From positions 1-64,000 of the IMG/VR virus record IMGVR_UViG_3300042555_002918: a DNA stretch of 64,000 nucleotides, one strand, 5' to 3'. Under the pieces are notes generated by a model. That model ran no database searches and was not told where the DNA came from. It worked only from the letters and a program-made list of their open reading frames with translations. The position numbers were made by a program, and so were the translations under genes. The stretch comes from a virus. This document shows positions 30,242 to 40,287 of the stretch, one piece after another; the first letter of the stretch is position 1, and every line of letters begins with the position of its first letter.

Positions 30242-30520
30242 ATGAACGTCATATTAGTAACAGTGCTTCAGGAGGGTAAGGCTATCTTTGAACTCGAAGA
30301 GGAAGATCGACTTGTCCGCCGACAAATCGAAACTGATAGCGCCGGTAGCTTTTCATTTTGTGTTCGTCCAAATGTAGAAGTCGCGGAACTGCACGACATG
30401 CCAAACCGCATCTTCACGGAAATACTTATCGAAGCGGAGCAGAGAGGATTTAAATACTTTGGCGACGACTTTAGGGTACTAAGATTCGCTTTTTGGGGAT
30501 TTTCCCGGTGCTTTTGGTAG
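30242..30520 (+). CDS. Hypothetical protein
   Basis: Co-oriented ORF 11 nt after previous stop. Confidence 0.5.
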   Translation: MNVILVTVLQEGKAIFELEEEDRLVRRQIETDSAGSFSFCVRPNVEVAELHDMPNRIFTEILIEAEQRGFKYFGDDFRVLRFAFWGFSRCFW

Positions 30521-30616
30521 CAGAACCACCTTGGATAGGGCCTCAATATCTGAATCTATAAATACCATGACACCACCATGTATCTGATTCGGGCTATGTT
30601 TTACTCGGAGTGATTT

Positions 30617-30823
30617 ATGCGGGAATTGATTGTTACGTTATTGGTTCTACTGCCACAAGCCTCGCGGCACCCATCCGTCGCTCATCAGCATAAGCCAAAA
30701 GCAGCGGTATCGGCCCAGCAAACTAGCTCCTCACATTCTAACGGCGTGAAGAAATCCCAAACAAAGACAAAAAGAGTTGGGCGAAGTAAGTCCCCCCATC
30801 TTCAACGCAAAGGTCTAGTGTGA
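30617..30823 (+). CDS. Small basic protein with signal-peptide-like N-terminus
   Basis: GGAG SD; TATAAATA at 30557-30564. Confidence 0.45.
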   Translation: MRELIVTLLVLLPQASRHPSVAHQHKPKAAVSAQQTSSSHSNGVKKSQTKTKRVGRSKSPHLQRKGLV

Positions 30824-31004
30824 AATGTTCCTAACCTCAAACGAAAGAGCGCAGTGACCTCTTCTCTTGGCCGACAGCCCCCTACATCCACGGACGAAAT
30901 CGGAAATCTTTATTAGGTAATGCTCGGCGCCTCCCCAATATCGCTACAGTGAACAAGCATTGAGAGCTTTTTCGTTCTGTTTTGTAGTTTGGAGGCAGGG
31001 TTAC

Positions 31005-31601
31005 ATGTCAAAGGGCCAAAGCGACTTCGATTTAGTGCAAGGATTAGTACAGCGCGGCGACGAAGCATGTTTCCTTGAGCTTTTTAATCGACACAGCCCG
31101 AGAGTGTACCGGGTCGCTTACCGAATCCTTAACAATCAAGCCGATGCTGAGGACATCGTACAAGAGGTCTTTATTAAGGTACTGACCAAAGTCGGAGAGT
31201 TTAAATTCCAGTGTAAATTTACAAGCTGGATACACAGAGTAGCCGCAAATGTGGCTCTGATGCGTCTTCGCTCAGTCAAACGACGCCCATCGACTTCTAT
31301 GGAGGACCTCTCAGGAACAGATTTTAACTCGTTGGTGGCTCATCGGTCAGATTCTACAAACATCGACTACATGACTTGCCAGCATGAGATACGGGCGATC
31401 CTGCAAGAGGCAATTGACAGCCTTCCAATAGCGTATCGTGAAATATTCTGCCTTCGAGATATTGACGGTCTCAGCAATAAAGAAGCTAGCAACTTGCTTC
31501 ATCTCACGGAAACGTCCGTAAAAAACCGGATTCTTCGTGCGCGTTACCTAGTTCGGGAGAAGGTGGAGGAATATTTAAAAGAGTGCGAGCTCGCAGCGTG
31601 A
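31005..31601 (+). CDS. ECF (RpoE-like) sigma factor
   Basis: DAEDIVQEVF, F..WI.RVA.N, LP..YREIF.LRD..GLS..E...L......VKNR..RAR; GGAGG SD. Confidence 0.92.
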   Translation: MSKGQSDFDLVQGLVQRGDEACFLELFNRHSPRVYRVAYRILNNQADAEDIVQEVFIKVLTKVGEFKFQCKFTSWIHRVAANVALMRLRSVKRRPSTSMEDLSGTDFNSLVAHRSDSTNIDYMTCQHEIRAILQEAIDSLPIAYREIFCLRDIDGLSNKEASNLLHLTETSVKNRILRARYLVREKVEEYLKECELAA

Positions 31602-31809
31602 TGATACGCATAGCTCTACTTCTGTTATTTACTTACGTATCGTGTGCATTTTCAGGATGCTGCGTTGGAACGCCAAAGCATCCAGGATGCCTCGACGTCA
31701 GAATCGAAGGGCTTGGCGGGGACTCGATTCAGCGAGACGTGCCTATTGGTGTGGATGGCGTACGCGGTCAGTCGCCCCAAAGTAGGGGTGGATTCCTGCG
31801 AGGCATTTT

Positions 31810-32016
31810 ATGGATGAACATTTGAGGAAGCAGTACCTCCAAGACATCCTTAATAGGGCGTGTCAGGCAGGAGACATCACTCCTTTTATTCATGAGCGTA
31901 TCGCCTATCATAGGGACAGGCGTGATACATTGAGAAAGCTCGGTCAACATGAGCGGGCAGATCATCATAGCGAGATTGTTAGAGCGCTTGAGCTATCTCT
32001 CCTCTCTAAAGGGTGA
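31810..32016 (+). CDS. Hypothetical protein
   Basis: Short helical ORF in the + strand run. Confidence 0.45.
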   Translation: MDEHLRKQYLQDILNRACQAGDITPFIHERIAYHRDRRDTLRKLGQHERADHHSEIVRALELSLLSKG

Positions 32017-32182
32017 TCATAGGGTTAGCTTTTAAAGAGAACCCACTTACGGCACATATTTAATTATTTCAATCGTATTGTGGGACAGTTACGCGCTTTC
32101 AGTCAATTTTCACTTAAGCATTGTTTGAAGGCTGCCGATTGCGGTATAATTGATATCAGAGTTATACCGGGGGTCTACCGAC

Positions 32183-32503
32183 ATGAACTACACCAAAGAA
32201 GAAAGACTTCAGATCGCTAGCACAATAATTGAACAGCTTGGAGGTGCGCAGTTTCGGGCCATGACCGGAGCAAAGGACCTAATTGCCCTTGAAACCGGTT
32301 TGCAGTTCTCTCTCCCCTCCCGTCTGGCAAAGAACGGGATCAACAAGGTAAGGATTCAACTGACCCCATCGGACACGTACAAAATTGAGTATCTGAGTGT
32401 ACGGGGAACAAGCGCAAAGACAGTTACCGTTGATGAGGATATCTACTGCGATGGCTTAAGGGAGAGCTTCTGTGCAGCCACTGGCCTGTATGTAAGTCTC
32501 TAA
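32183..32503 (+). CDS. Conserved phage/plasmid hypothetical protein
   Basis: IASTIIEQLGG..F.AMTGAK...L...DTY; preceded by TGTTTGAAGG motif and TATAAT. Confidence 0.7.
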   Translation: MNYTKEERLQIASTIIEQLGGAQFRAMTGAKDLIALETGLQFSLPSRLAKNGINKVRIQLTPSDTYKIEYLSVRGTSAKTVTVDEDIYCDGLRESFCAATGLYVSL

Positions 32504-32550
32504 CAAGGGCGTTTGGATACTATATAAATAGACGTAGGGGAGATTATTCC

Positions 32551-33327
32551 ATGTCAGATGCTAGATTTGAGAAACTTCTTGAATACATTCAAGAGCTTAA
32601 CATCACAGCCCTTTCAGAGGCTGCCAAGCGTTCGCTTAATCGCGTCAATCAGCATTTGAGTACGCGCAGTGTTGGCTTCATTACGGCTAATCGCCTCAAG
32701 AAGCCAGGTTCAGTCGACGGGAAAGAGAGTGAGGTCAGAGTCTCTACTGCTGAGAACCGATCAAATAACAAATCCCTGGAACATGACATTCGTAAGGCCG
32801 GGTACAGCTTCATTCGAGTAAAGGGCGGCTATCCCGAGGTCGATAAGGACGGCAAAAAACAAGCTGGCGCGAGTAAGTACGAGCCATCTTACATCGTAGT
32901 AGGACCAAAGGGAGACGACGGTGGAAAACTGAAGAGCTTCCTTACCCAACATGGCAGCAAGTATAGCCAGGACGCAGTGCTATATAAGCACCACTCCAGC
33001 CCGCACATCCATTCGATCTCGACATCAGACCGAGATAAAGAGTTCCCAAGAGGACAGGAACAACCACTAGGTGGATTCAAGGCGGGTAAATTTGGGGAAT
33101 ATTTTACGGCCCTTCACGGGGACGCAGACTCATCAAAGCCTCGGGCAGAAATGTCCCCGGAAGAGCGCGAAGCTCACAAGCAGGCTAGTCTTCGAAAAAA
33201 ATCGTTTGTTTTTGAATCTTTTGAGTTTGAGTTCTCGGAGGATGAGGACTCCCCAGTTCCGCGAGAGAGCCTCACCTACTACGCACGACTCAGTGAGCAC
33301 GAGCGCAATAAAAAGACGAAAGACTAG
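32551..33327 (+). CDS. Late protein resembling T4 30.3-like conserved hypothetical
   Basis: SL.RV..H....GFITA.R, N..L..DIR..GY....V.GGY.E, KY.QDAVL; TATAAATA at 32523-32530; LSEA processing-like site. Confidence 0.55.
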   Translation: MSDARFEKLLEYIQELNITALSEAAKRSLNRVNQHLSTRSVGFITANRLKKPGSVDGKESEVRVSTAENRSNNKSLEHDIRKAGYSFIRVKGGYPEVDKDGKKQAGASKYEPSYIVVGPKGDDGGKLKSFLTQHGSKYSQDAVLYKHHSSPHIHSISTSDRDKEFPRGQEQPLGGFKAGKFGEYFTALHGDADSSKPRAEMSPEEREAHKQASLRKKSFVFESFEFEFSEDEDSPVPRESLTYYARLSEHERNKKTKD

Positions 33328-34140
33328 CTAGTTATAAACCGACATAAGGCCACCACGGATCGCATAGATCCGCTGAGTATTATTTGAACTAACAAGCGTG
33401 CCAGGTAAATTGTCAGTCTGCTGCTTCCACATGACTATTCTTGAAACATTAGAGGCAGGAGATACACCATCGCTAAAGATGGTCAGATTCCCAAACGCTC
33501 TATAGGTTGCAGCTATCCTTTCCGGATCATCGAGTGGCGTTACTGTTCTGTCAGCGTCCGTTGGCTTCTTCCAGTAGGACCCCTTTCCTTCCATGGGCTT
33601 TCGACCTGCCCATATTTTCTCAAAATCACCCAGTAACTGCTTGGTGAGCTTACCAGACATGTAAACCATCTTCGATATTAGAGAGTCCGAATCATCCGTG
33701 TCGGAGACTTCAATCTTCTCCTGCAAGACTATCTCACCAAAATCCCACTTATCAGTCATGGTATGTAGGGTCATCCCCGCTGCCTCGGGGTGCCGCAAAA
33801 GAACGTGAGGGGAAGGCCATGGACCTCTCCCCTCAGGGAGCAATGTCCCGTGAACGTTTATACTCTTTAGGCTACCGTCTTGAGGAACAGGGACCTTGTA
33901 ATCATATGCAGCTGAAATGAGCAGGTCGACCCCATCATCTTTCATGCGTGCAATATGTTCTTCAGTGACAGCACCAACGGCGAACTGCGACCTCATTTCT
34001 TTTGCAAACTCGGCGGTTTTAAGACTCCACCCACTATCTAGGTCACAGGATGTAAAGACGTGAGAAACCTCATGGCCAGTATCTCTGATACTTTGATGAA
34101 CGGGAGCGTAAAAGTCTGAGGTGCAAAGTGCTATCTTCAT
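33328..34140 (-). CDS. Formyltransferase (Fmt-like)
   Basis: INVHGTLLPEGRGPWP (N.H...LP..RG.P), G.T.H....D.G.I. Confidence 0.85.
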   Translation of the reverse strand: MKIALCTSDFYAPVHQSIRDTGHEVSHVFTSCDLDSGWSLKTAEFAKEMRSQFAVGAVTEEHIARMKDDGVDLLISAAYDYKVPVPQDGSLKSINVHGTLLPEGRGPWPSPHVLLRHPEAAGMTLHTMTDKWDFGEIVLQEKIEVSDTDDSDSLISKMVYMSGKLTKQLLGDFEKIWAGRKPMEGKGSYWKKPTDADRTVTPLDDPERIAATYRAFGNLTIFSDGVSPASNVSRIVMWKQQTDNLPGTLVSSNNTQRIYAIRGGLMSVYN

Positions 34141-34141
34141 G

Positions 34142-34972
34142 TTAAAATTCGCCTTCTTTCTCTAACTCGTTAACGACTCGCTTTATAAACTCCTTACTTG
34201 CAGCCGGAGATAGGGATGCAGATATCAGGTAGTTCATGGTTTCAATGTAGTACGAGACATCTTCCCCAGTCCACAGGTCCAACTCTCCCTTAAGGACCTC
34301 AATATTCACAGTCCTTTCGTCGTAAAGAATAAAGGAATCCATAATAAAACGATTCAGCACCTTTTGCCACGGAAGAACGCGGATCTCTACTGAAGGCGAT
34401 GTATTGATGATATCAATTAGCCGCTTAAGCTGGTCTATCAAAACAGACCTAGAACCAAAGCATGTCCGAATAGCTCCCTCTCCCAACACAAACGTCAGCG
34501 CAGTTCGCTTACTGTGAAGTATGTTCTGTCTTTTTAATCGGGTCTTTACGAGCCTATTCAGGTTATCCTTTTCGGAGCCTACTAGGTGCTGAAACACAAC
34601 TCGCATGTACTCCTGCGACTGCAGAAGACCGGGGATTATCTGATTGTAGAAAACTCTAATATTCTTGGAGTTTTTTTCCCTGAGTCCAATGTTAATTTGG
34701 TTGTTTGTGACTTGATTTTGACTCAAGGTCCATCTAGCAAACTGCGAATTTACGAAAGCGGAGAGTTCGCGTAGTGCGTACGCCTCAGATGATGAGAGAT
34801 TGAGAGCTGCGATAGTGGCTTCGATGAAATTTTCAGTGGGTCGAAGCAGCCCATTTTCAAACTTTGATACAGCTGCCGCCGATAGACCTGTCTTTTCAGC
34901 TAAGTCCTTTCCTGTAAATCCTCGTAGTTTTCGCAGTGCCTTTATTCTGGCACCTACGCTTTCCCGGTCCAC
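34142..34972 (-). CDS. XRE-HTH regulator with DUF5753-like domain
   Basis: N-terminal HTH_3; IPGLLQS.EY.R, RL.RQ.IL, FVLGE.A, QL..L, F.LYD...V..E. Confidence 0.85.
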   Translation of the reverse strand: MDRESVGARIKALRKLRGFTGKDLAEKTGLSAAAVSKFENGLLRPTENFIEATIAALNLSSSEAYALRELSAFVNSQFARWTLSQNQVTNNQINIGLREKNSKNIRVFYNQIIPGLLQSQEYMRVVFQHLVGSEKDNLNRLVKTRLKRQNILHSKRTALTFVLGEGAIRTCFGSRSVLIDQLKRLIDIINTSPSVEIRVLPWQKVLNRFIMDSFILYDERTVNIEVLKGELDLWTGEDVSYYIETMNYLISASLSPAASKEFIKRVVNELEKEGEF

Positions 34973-34982
34973 TTTTACCTGA

Positions 34983-35579
34983 CTACAGTTCTATACCAGT
35001 GTGGGTTTTATAAAATTCCCTAAATGGCACTCCAATGCCCCAGAGCTTTTGATCGACACTTGAATAGTACGCCACCGCTTTTAGATCTGTTGTAATACGA
35101 GCTTGGTAGAGCGCACCTGTAGGATCGTAGTCGTTAACCACGACAGTTGAGCCGTCAAGGAACCAGAAATCCTCTTGAGTAATCTTTAAGAGCTCAGGAG
35201 AAAGATTGACCCTGTCCAACAGTCGAATATCTTCCCCAGCTAAACCTGTATCTTTGTAACAACACTCTATTTCAAACTTCATGTATTCGCTGAGCGGAAG
35301 GTCAACAATGTGAACTCTTCGCATGGACCGACCCGCGTCTACGTGCCCCTTTACTAGACTGCACCAGTCGGCCATGAATGATGGATCTGGACGTGTTCCT
35401 CTTCGGTACTGATTGAATGGTGAGGACTCCGATGGTTCAGCATAAGCTTGAAGAGTCTCAAGTCGGTAAGCCGACTGCTTGAACGACTGGAACATTGCAC
35501 TCCACTCGTCGCCTATTGGGATAGTGCGCCATGATACCTGTGGAATAGCTGTTCCTTGCTCTCTCTGTGTCTGCATCAT
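34983..35579 (-). CDS. DUF6879-like protein
   Basis: F..SAYRLETL..Y, RRVHIVD.PLSEY..FE, GEDIR, DFW..D. Confidence 0.8.
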   Translation of the reverse strand: MMQTQREQGTAIPQVSWRTIPIGDEWSAMFQSFKQSAYRLETLQAYAEPSESSPFNQYRRGTRPDPSFMADWCSLVKGHVDAGRSMRRVHIVDLPLSEYMKFEIECCYKDTGLAGEDIRLLDRVNLSPELLKITQEDFWFLDGSTVVVNDYDPTGALYQARITTDLKAVAYYSSVDQKLWGIGVPFREFYKTHTGIEL

Positions 35580-35612
35580 GGTTGATATCTCATTATTCAA
35601 ATAGAGCGAATA

Positions 35613-35644
35613 ACCAAGGGGCGCATATTTCAGCGCCCCTTGGT
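35613..35644 (-). terminator. 12-bp hairpin between small gene and DUF6879 gene (terminator/attenuator)
   Basis: accaaggggcgc-8nt-gcgccccttggt. Confidence 0.55.
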
Positions 35645-35657
35645 AACTTGTCAAAAC

Positions 35658-35873
35658 TTACTTCGAATCTTTCGCGTAAGCCTTGAGCTGCGTCCAAAAG
35701 CTTGCTGGCACTCGAACTAGGTCCTCATGCCCTGGACACTTGGTCTCTTCGCGAACGCCTGTTTCCACCTTGTATCCCTGGAAGAAAAAATCTCCAGTCT
35801 CTTCATCCACCCAGAAAGCAGGTGAACCGGCGCCGCCGCTTTGATCCCAATGAACAAGTTCCTTAAGCTTCAT
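35658..35873 (-). CDS. Small protein of the type that precedes DUF6879 genes
   Basis: S...GSPA.W....GD...QG..V...E..V.VP. Confidence 0.7.
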   Translation of the reverse strand: MKLKELVHWDQSGGAGSPAFWVDEETGDFFFQGYKVETGVREETKCPGHEDLVRVPASFWTQLKAYAKDSK

Positions 35874-36040
35874 ATATCATCCCCTTAACAAAATGGGTTT
35901 GCTAGACAGGATGAAATACTACCAAGATTTCAGAAACTATCTAGCGGAATATGTCTTTAGTCTCATGATCGTTAATACATTAAGACACCTAGGTATTCAA
36001 TACCTGATTAACCGGTTCGGTTAATTTCTGCTTGTAGGTC

Positions 36041-36682
36041 ATGCGGCTCAGTGTTAATGGTGTACTCGAAGTTAAAAAGCGGTTCGATCTGTTACGTCTA
36101 AACGAGTACAAGGAGCCTATGAAGAGAGCATTTGAGATCCACTTCTTTAATACTAAAAGCGGCTACGAGCTTGCAGAGACCAAATTTACCTCTTTTAGTG
36201 GGGAGCCCTTGCGTTGCATTAGGGGCAAGACGCCTGGGGCGTTTCGAGGAGCAGGAAGCTTTCAATGGACTTCAGCGGTTCGAGCAATTTCATCCCTGTT
36301 CATTAGGCACCTAATTTCACAGCAGATCCAGTCAGTTGAGAATCAGATATCAGGCGGACACTCCTCCCTGGCTTCATCGCTCGACTATGCCCTTTCAAAG
36401 GCCCCACGATGGCTTTGTGAAATGTTTGGTACCTACCAAAACGGACAAATAACAGCCAAAAGACTCTTTCTGGTTACCAATCCGAATCAGAAGCGACCAG
36501 GCCCAGTCACTATCGCCATAAACGACTCTGCAATAGCTCCCGGAGATGTAAGGGTTATGATAAACGGACGAGAGGCATATGACCTGAACGCTCTTCTTAC
36601 CCTTCTGAATGACGTTGAGCGAATGGATCAGGAGCTTCCAGAGGAGAAGGCCTGTGAGGCCGCTTCAATTGAAGTTGCCTAG
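36041..36682 (+). CDS. Hypothetical bacterial-type protein, divergent from the DUF6879 operon
   Basis: FQWTSAVRA...SLASSLDYA.SK.P.WL..MFG block. Confidence 0.65.
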   Translation: MRLSVNGVLEVKKRFDLLRLNEYKEPMKRAFEIHFFNTKSGYELAETKFTSFSGEPLRCIRGKTPGAFRGAGSFQWTSAVRAISSLFIRHLISQQIQSVENQISGGHSSLASSLDYALSKAPRWLCEMFGTYQNGQITAKRLFLVTNPNQKRPGPVTIAINDSAIAPGDVRVMINGREAYDLNALLTLLNDVERMDQELPEEKACEAASIEVA

Positions 36683-37123
36683 GCTGCAGCTGCGGGGAAG
36701 ACGTCGACCTATTTGAAACCGAACCCTAAATACATGGCACCCACCACCAACGTTTAGGTCATTTGGTTAAAGGTTATGACTCTTTCACACTCACGTACTG
36801 AGGTTATCGCGTATCGTGCCGATGATCTTCCCCGACTGGCCGACAATGAGCTTAAAGAAGCTCTTACCGCACGCCCTCACTATGCCCTTACGTCTCTTAT
36901 GGGCGATAAGGACTCTCGCAAAAGAACATTCTGCCCTAGCCTTCAGGTGCCATCAATAAAAGTAACCGAGGCTCTTAAGGAGCGAGTTCGCAACGCTTTC
37001 GTAAAAGCAGGCTGTCCAGTCCTGTTTACTTGGATCTAAGCCGCACACGCCCTAACTGCCTGTTACCAGGCTTCAAACAATCAAAAAAAGGGTTTGAAGG
37101 CGGACTGTTAAACAGGTTACAAT

Positions 37124-37561
37124 ATGGGCATGACAAACACATACTGCCCAAAAACAGAGCTCGATCAATTCATCGAAACCCTCTCAAACGCAGGCGACGT
37201 AACCCTCGTGGGACTGTCCGATTTTGGATATGCCTATGTGACTCCTATCTCAGTCAAAGAGGTCACTCGGTGCAGCTATGCTCAGTATGACGAAGCGGTA
37301 AAGGTGACATTTAGACAGAAGCGAAAGCGAAGTGATTCGTACGACTATTACTACGCAAGTCACAGCTTCTCGAAGCTCCCGGCAATCATAAAAGGACACC
37401 CGAGCCTCAAAGCAGAAATTCAGTTTAATGAGCCTAAGCAGGTCGCTGGTGGGATTGCTGCGGTCTCGCAAGCCAAGTATCGCTCAAGCGATCCACGAAA
37501 CGTCACGGACATCCTGGACGGGGTAAGGGATGCTGTAATTTTTAAGCCTTCCAGGTTTTAA
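37124..37561 (+). CDS. Hypothetical early-type protein
   Basis: Preceded by GTTTGAAGGCGGAC and TACAAT. Confidence 0.6.
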   Translation: MGMTNTYCPKTELDQFIETLSNAGDVTLVGLSDFGYAYVTPISVKEVTRCSYAQYDEAVKVTFRQKRKRSDSYDYYYASHSFSKLPAIIKGHPSLKAEIQFNEPKQVAGGIAAVSQAKYRSSDPRNVTDILDGVRDAVIFKPSRF

Positions 37562-37572
37562 CGGGGTGAGCC

Positions 37573-37776
37573 ATGAACCGATTTCGGGCCTATGAGATAT
37601 ATCAGCAGTACCTATCGTCATCCAAGTATCAGCCTTCCATATACGATTTTATGAACGAAGCCGAGATTCTATATGTCAATCGGGTCTGGGCGGATATGCC
37701 AACTTCGACCTCATTTTTTGATGCGTTTCTGTCAGTAGTAGAAGGCAACATACCCGCCGAGATAGGGAGCAGGTAA
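37573..37776 (+). CDS. Hypothetical protein
   Basis: Co-oriented ORF with SD. Confidence 0.5.
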   Translation: MNRFRAYEIYQQYLSSSKYQPSIYDFMNEAEILYVNRVWADMPTSTSFFDAFLSVVEGNIPAEIGSR

Positions 37777-37888
37777 AGCAAGAAGGGGAAAGAGAGAGGA
37801 GCCGAGCGCTGGTTGGGTCTGGGATGTGTGTTGCTTGTGAAGATGCGACATCTCCACACTCCCCCCTCTTTCCCTTGGATAAGGCTAC

Positions 37889-38392
37889 TTACAATTGATA
37901 CCTGAAGAAATCCCCTAAATCACGTCTATCAAAAATAGCCAGAGGAGCGCGTGTGATACCGTCTTTCTCCTCACTTATAACGATCCAAAACGGGCTTACC
38001 TTGAAGTTAAACCGTTTAAGCTTATGAGACTCTTCCCATGTCGCCTGCTCCTCAATGATGTCGTGTTGGGAGTAGAGGATTGTGTATTTTTCAACGTAGA
38101 CATGCCCGAAGTTCAGCACTAATTCCAGGAGCTCTTCCCTCTTTTCATCCAGCCAATGATCAAGCGCTGACACAACCCTTACGATAGTATCTTGGTCCGC
38201 CACCCTGTTGTGCCATAGATAGGTCGCGACTAGTTGCTGACCGTCCTTCCATGAGGCCAGATCTCGTCGCATCACAATATTCTGAGCCATTGCTCCTTGT
38301 TTACAGTACTCAACGAGAACAAAAGGGTTGGTCGTATTTCCTGCTTCTATCCCGGTTATAAGCGTATCTATGAACATATCTCCCTCTGGCAT
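37889..38392 (-). CDS. Hypothetical protein
   Basis: 167-aa ORF. Confidence 0.55.
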   Translation of the reverse strand: MPEGDMFIDTLITGIEAGNTTNPFVLVEYCKQGAMAQNIVMRRDLASWKDGQQLVATYLWHNRVADQDTIVRVVSALDHWLDEKREELLELVLNFGHVYVEKYTILYSQHDIIEEQATWEESHKLKRFNFKVSPFWIVISEEKDGITRAPLAIFDRRDLGDFFRYQL

Positions 38393-38954
38393 TTATATGC
38401 TTAACCCGACAGCAGCTGCCGTCGATGGGATATCTTTCTCACACTTTTATTGACGTTTTAACAGGCAAAGTGAATGGTTGAAAACTCATCCGGGTTCTCT
38501 TATTCGGGATGTGTTTCAGAATCAGGTAGCAACCTTGAATCCGGAGAGAAGTGCAATTTGGCCCCTTTAGGCGGACTCGGGCACCATCTTCTTGAATTTC
38601 GCCAAGAGGGGCTTTTGCTCAACAACTGTGTCTTTTGAAAACGTAACCGAATCCCCGGTAATTGTAAGTGTAATGGAGAATGAATCGCGCCTGTAAACGT
38701 TGCACAGTAGTCTTCCCAGCATGATTGCTCGGGTCATAGTGGAGCAGAAGCTCTTCGTGTCCCCAACCTGCACAATAAAGCCAACATGTTTAGTCATACA
38801 TACCCACGTTCGTGTGAGATGGCTATTATCACAGGAAGTTCCGCCTTCAAACACAATTCTTAACCTTCCTTGAGCGTCGATTCAGAACACTTTTTAGGAG
38901 TTTGAAAACGCAAGCGGATTCAACAGCTTGTTCGAAGGCTGACGCTTTAAGGGT

Positions 38955-39707
38955 TTAGGCTTTGAAAGCACCGCGCCGCCGAAGGTGGTCGATTGCAAGC
39001 TTTCGTACATCTTCGTCCTCATCGTGAAGGCCTTTTTCGATGTGTCCAATGTGAACCTTGGGATGCTCCATTGCCGCGAACCTCACGAAGCTACTGTCAT
39101 CGTTAAGCGCCTGGTCAATGTGCCCTTCGTGGGAGTTAGGATGTCGAATTGCGTCCTCTCTTACGGACTCGTCCTCATGACGAAGCCCCTTAGAGATATT
39201 GTCATGGGTTGCGTTTGGATGCTCCATAGCGGCATTTGCTACCATTGAGTCTTTATCATCAAGGGCTTTGTCGATGTGATGAGGTTGAGCATTAGGATGA
39301 GAGACGGCCTTTAACCTTACCCAGTAGTCATTATCATTCAAAGCATGGTCGATATGATGATGCTGCACGTTAGGATGCTGAATTGCATTTGCTCTTACGT
39401 CAGAATCAGGATGCCTGAGTTTGTTGAAGATTGGGTCTCCTCCTTGGTCAGCATGGAAATGCCCACCGGCTCCCTTTAATTTCTCATACGCAGCATTTAC
39501 ATGCTTCATTGCTTCAGGACTTCCACCTAGGTCAGGATGATGTCGTTTTGATGCTGCCCGGAAGGCAGTCTTCAATTCATCCTCGGAGTGATCAGGTTCC
39601 AGACCAAGGACAGACCTTGCCTCATCGTGGCTCATACTCTCAACGAGGGAACGGAAATCCTTATCTATTTGCTCTTGTATTAAATCTTGAAGCGTCTTCT
39701 TGGACAT
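38955..39707 (-). CDS. J-domain + HEAT/LRV-repeat protein with MSKK leader
   Basis: HHPDLGG J-domain; ~5 25-aa HPN...HI..AL.D....VR..A repeats; TATAAATA at 39754-39761. Confidence 0.85.
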   Translation of the reverse strand: MSKKTLQDLIQEQIDKDFRSLVESMSHDEARSVLGLEPDHSEDELKTAFRAASKRHHPDLGGSPEAMKHVNAAYEKLKGAGGHFHADQGGDPIFNKLRHPDSDVRANAIQHPNVQHHHIDHALNDNDYWVRLKAVSHPNAQPHHIDKALDDKDSMVANAAMEHPNATHDNISKGLRHEDESVREDAIRHPNSHEGHIDQALNDDSSFVRFAAMEHPKVHIGHIEKGLHDEDEDVRKLAIDHLRRRGAFKA

Positions 39708-39784
39708 ATGCGAGTAGCGTTCAATAGAGAGACCTTTCTGGTCGTAACGAGTCTATTTATAGAAGTGCCGCCTCGCTCCCCGGA

Positions 39785-40033
39785 TCAATTCCCCGTGGTA
39801 CCATCAAATCGTTTTCGTAGGAGATCAAAAGCACCGTTAATTGTAGCCCAAGCCAGCCGGTTACCTCCAAGATTAGGATGATGTTTTGACACAAGTGCCC
39901 GGTACGCCACGTGCAGGTCCCATTCGGTGTACTTTCGGGGAAGTCCCAAGACCCTTCTCGCCTGACGTTCTACGTAGGCCATGTGAAGTGTCCTTATCGG
40001 GTGTGTAATGATGGATATAACCTTTGATCTCAC
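39785..40033 (-). CDS. J-domain-like protein with HPN variant
   Basis: ARRVLGL...AYRALVSKHHPNLGG...INGAFDLL. Confidence 0.65.
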   Translation of the reverse strand: MRSKVISIITHPIRTLHMAYVERQARRVLGLPRKYTEWDLHVAYRALVSKHHPNLGGNRLAWATINGAFDLLRKRFDGTTGN

Positions 40034-40066
40034 TCATGCCTCGTGCATCTGACTAGAGTAAACAAA

Positions 40067-40143
40067 GCGGGCGCATCCGACTCGAACGGATTCGACGCGA
40101 GGAGCCTTAAGAGCCATTAGGTCCACTCCCCAACAAGCGCCCA
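40067..40143 (-). tRNA. tRNA-like RNA (atypical; anticodon unclear, possibly Leu-TAA-derived)
   Basis: 7-bp acceptor TGGGCGC/GCGCCCG; perfect T-arm ATCCG-TTCGAGT-CGGAT; D-loop GG; weak anticodon stem; no encoded CCA. Confidence 0.55.
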
Positions 40144-40287
40144 ATGAAACCTTTCCGGGAAAAAAGGCTTAGCTCAAGCACTCACGGGTACTACTGCGGT
40201 CGCGCTGGTCGGCTTATTGAGGGCTGGCTACCTCCCTGCCCCGACACCCATTATCCTACGGTACTAGAGTGAGTGATGCGGCGAGCA

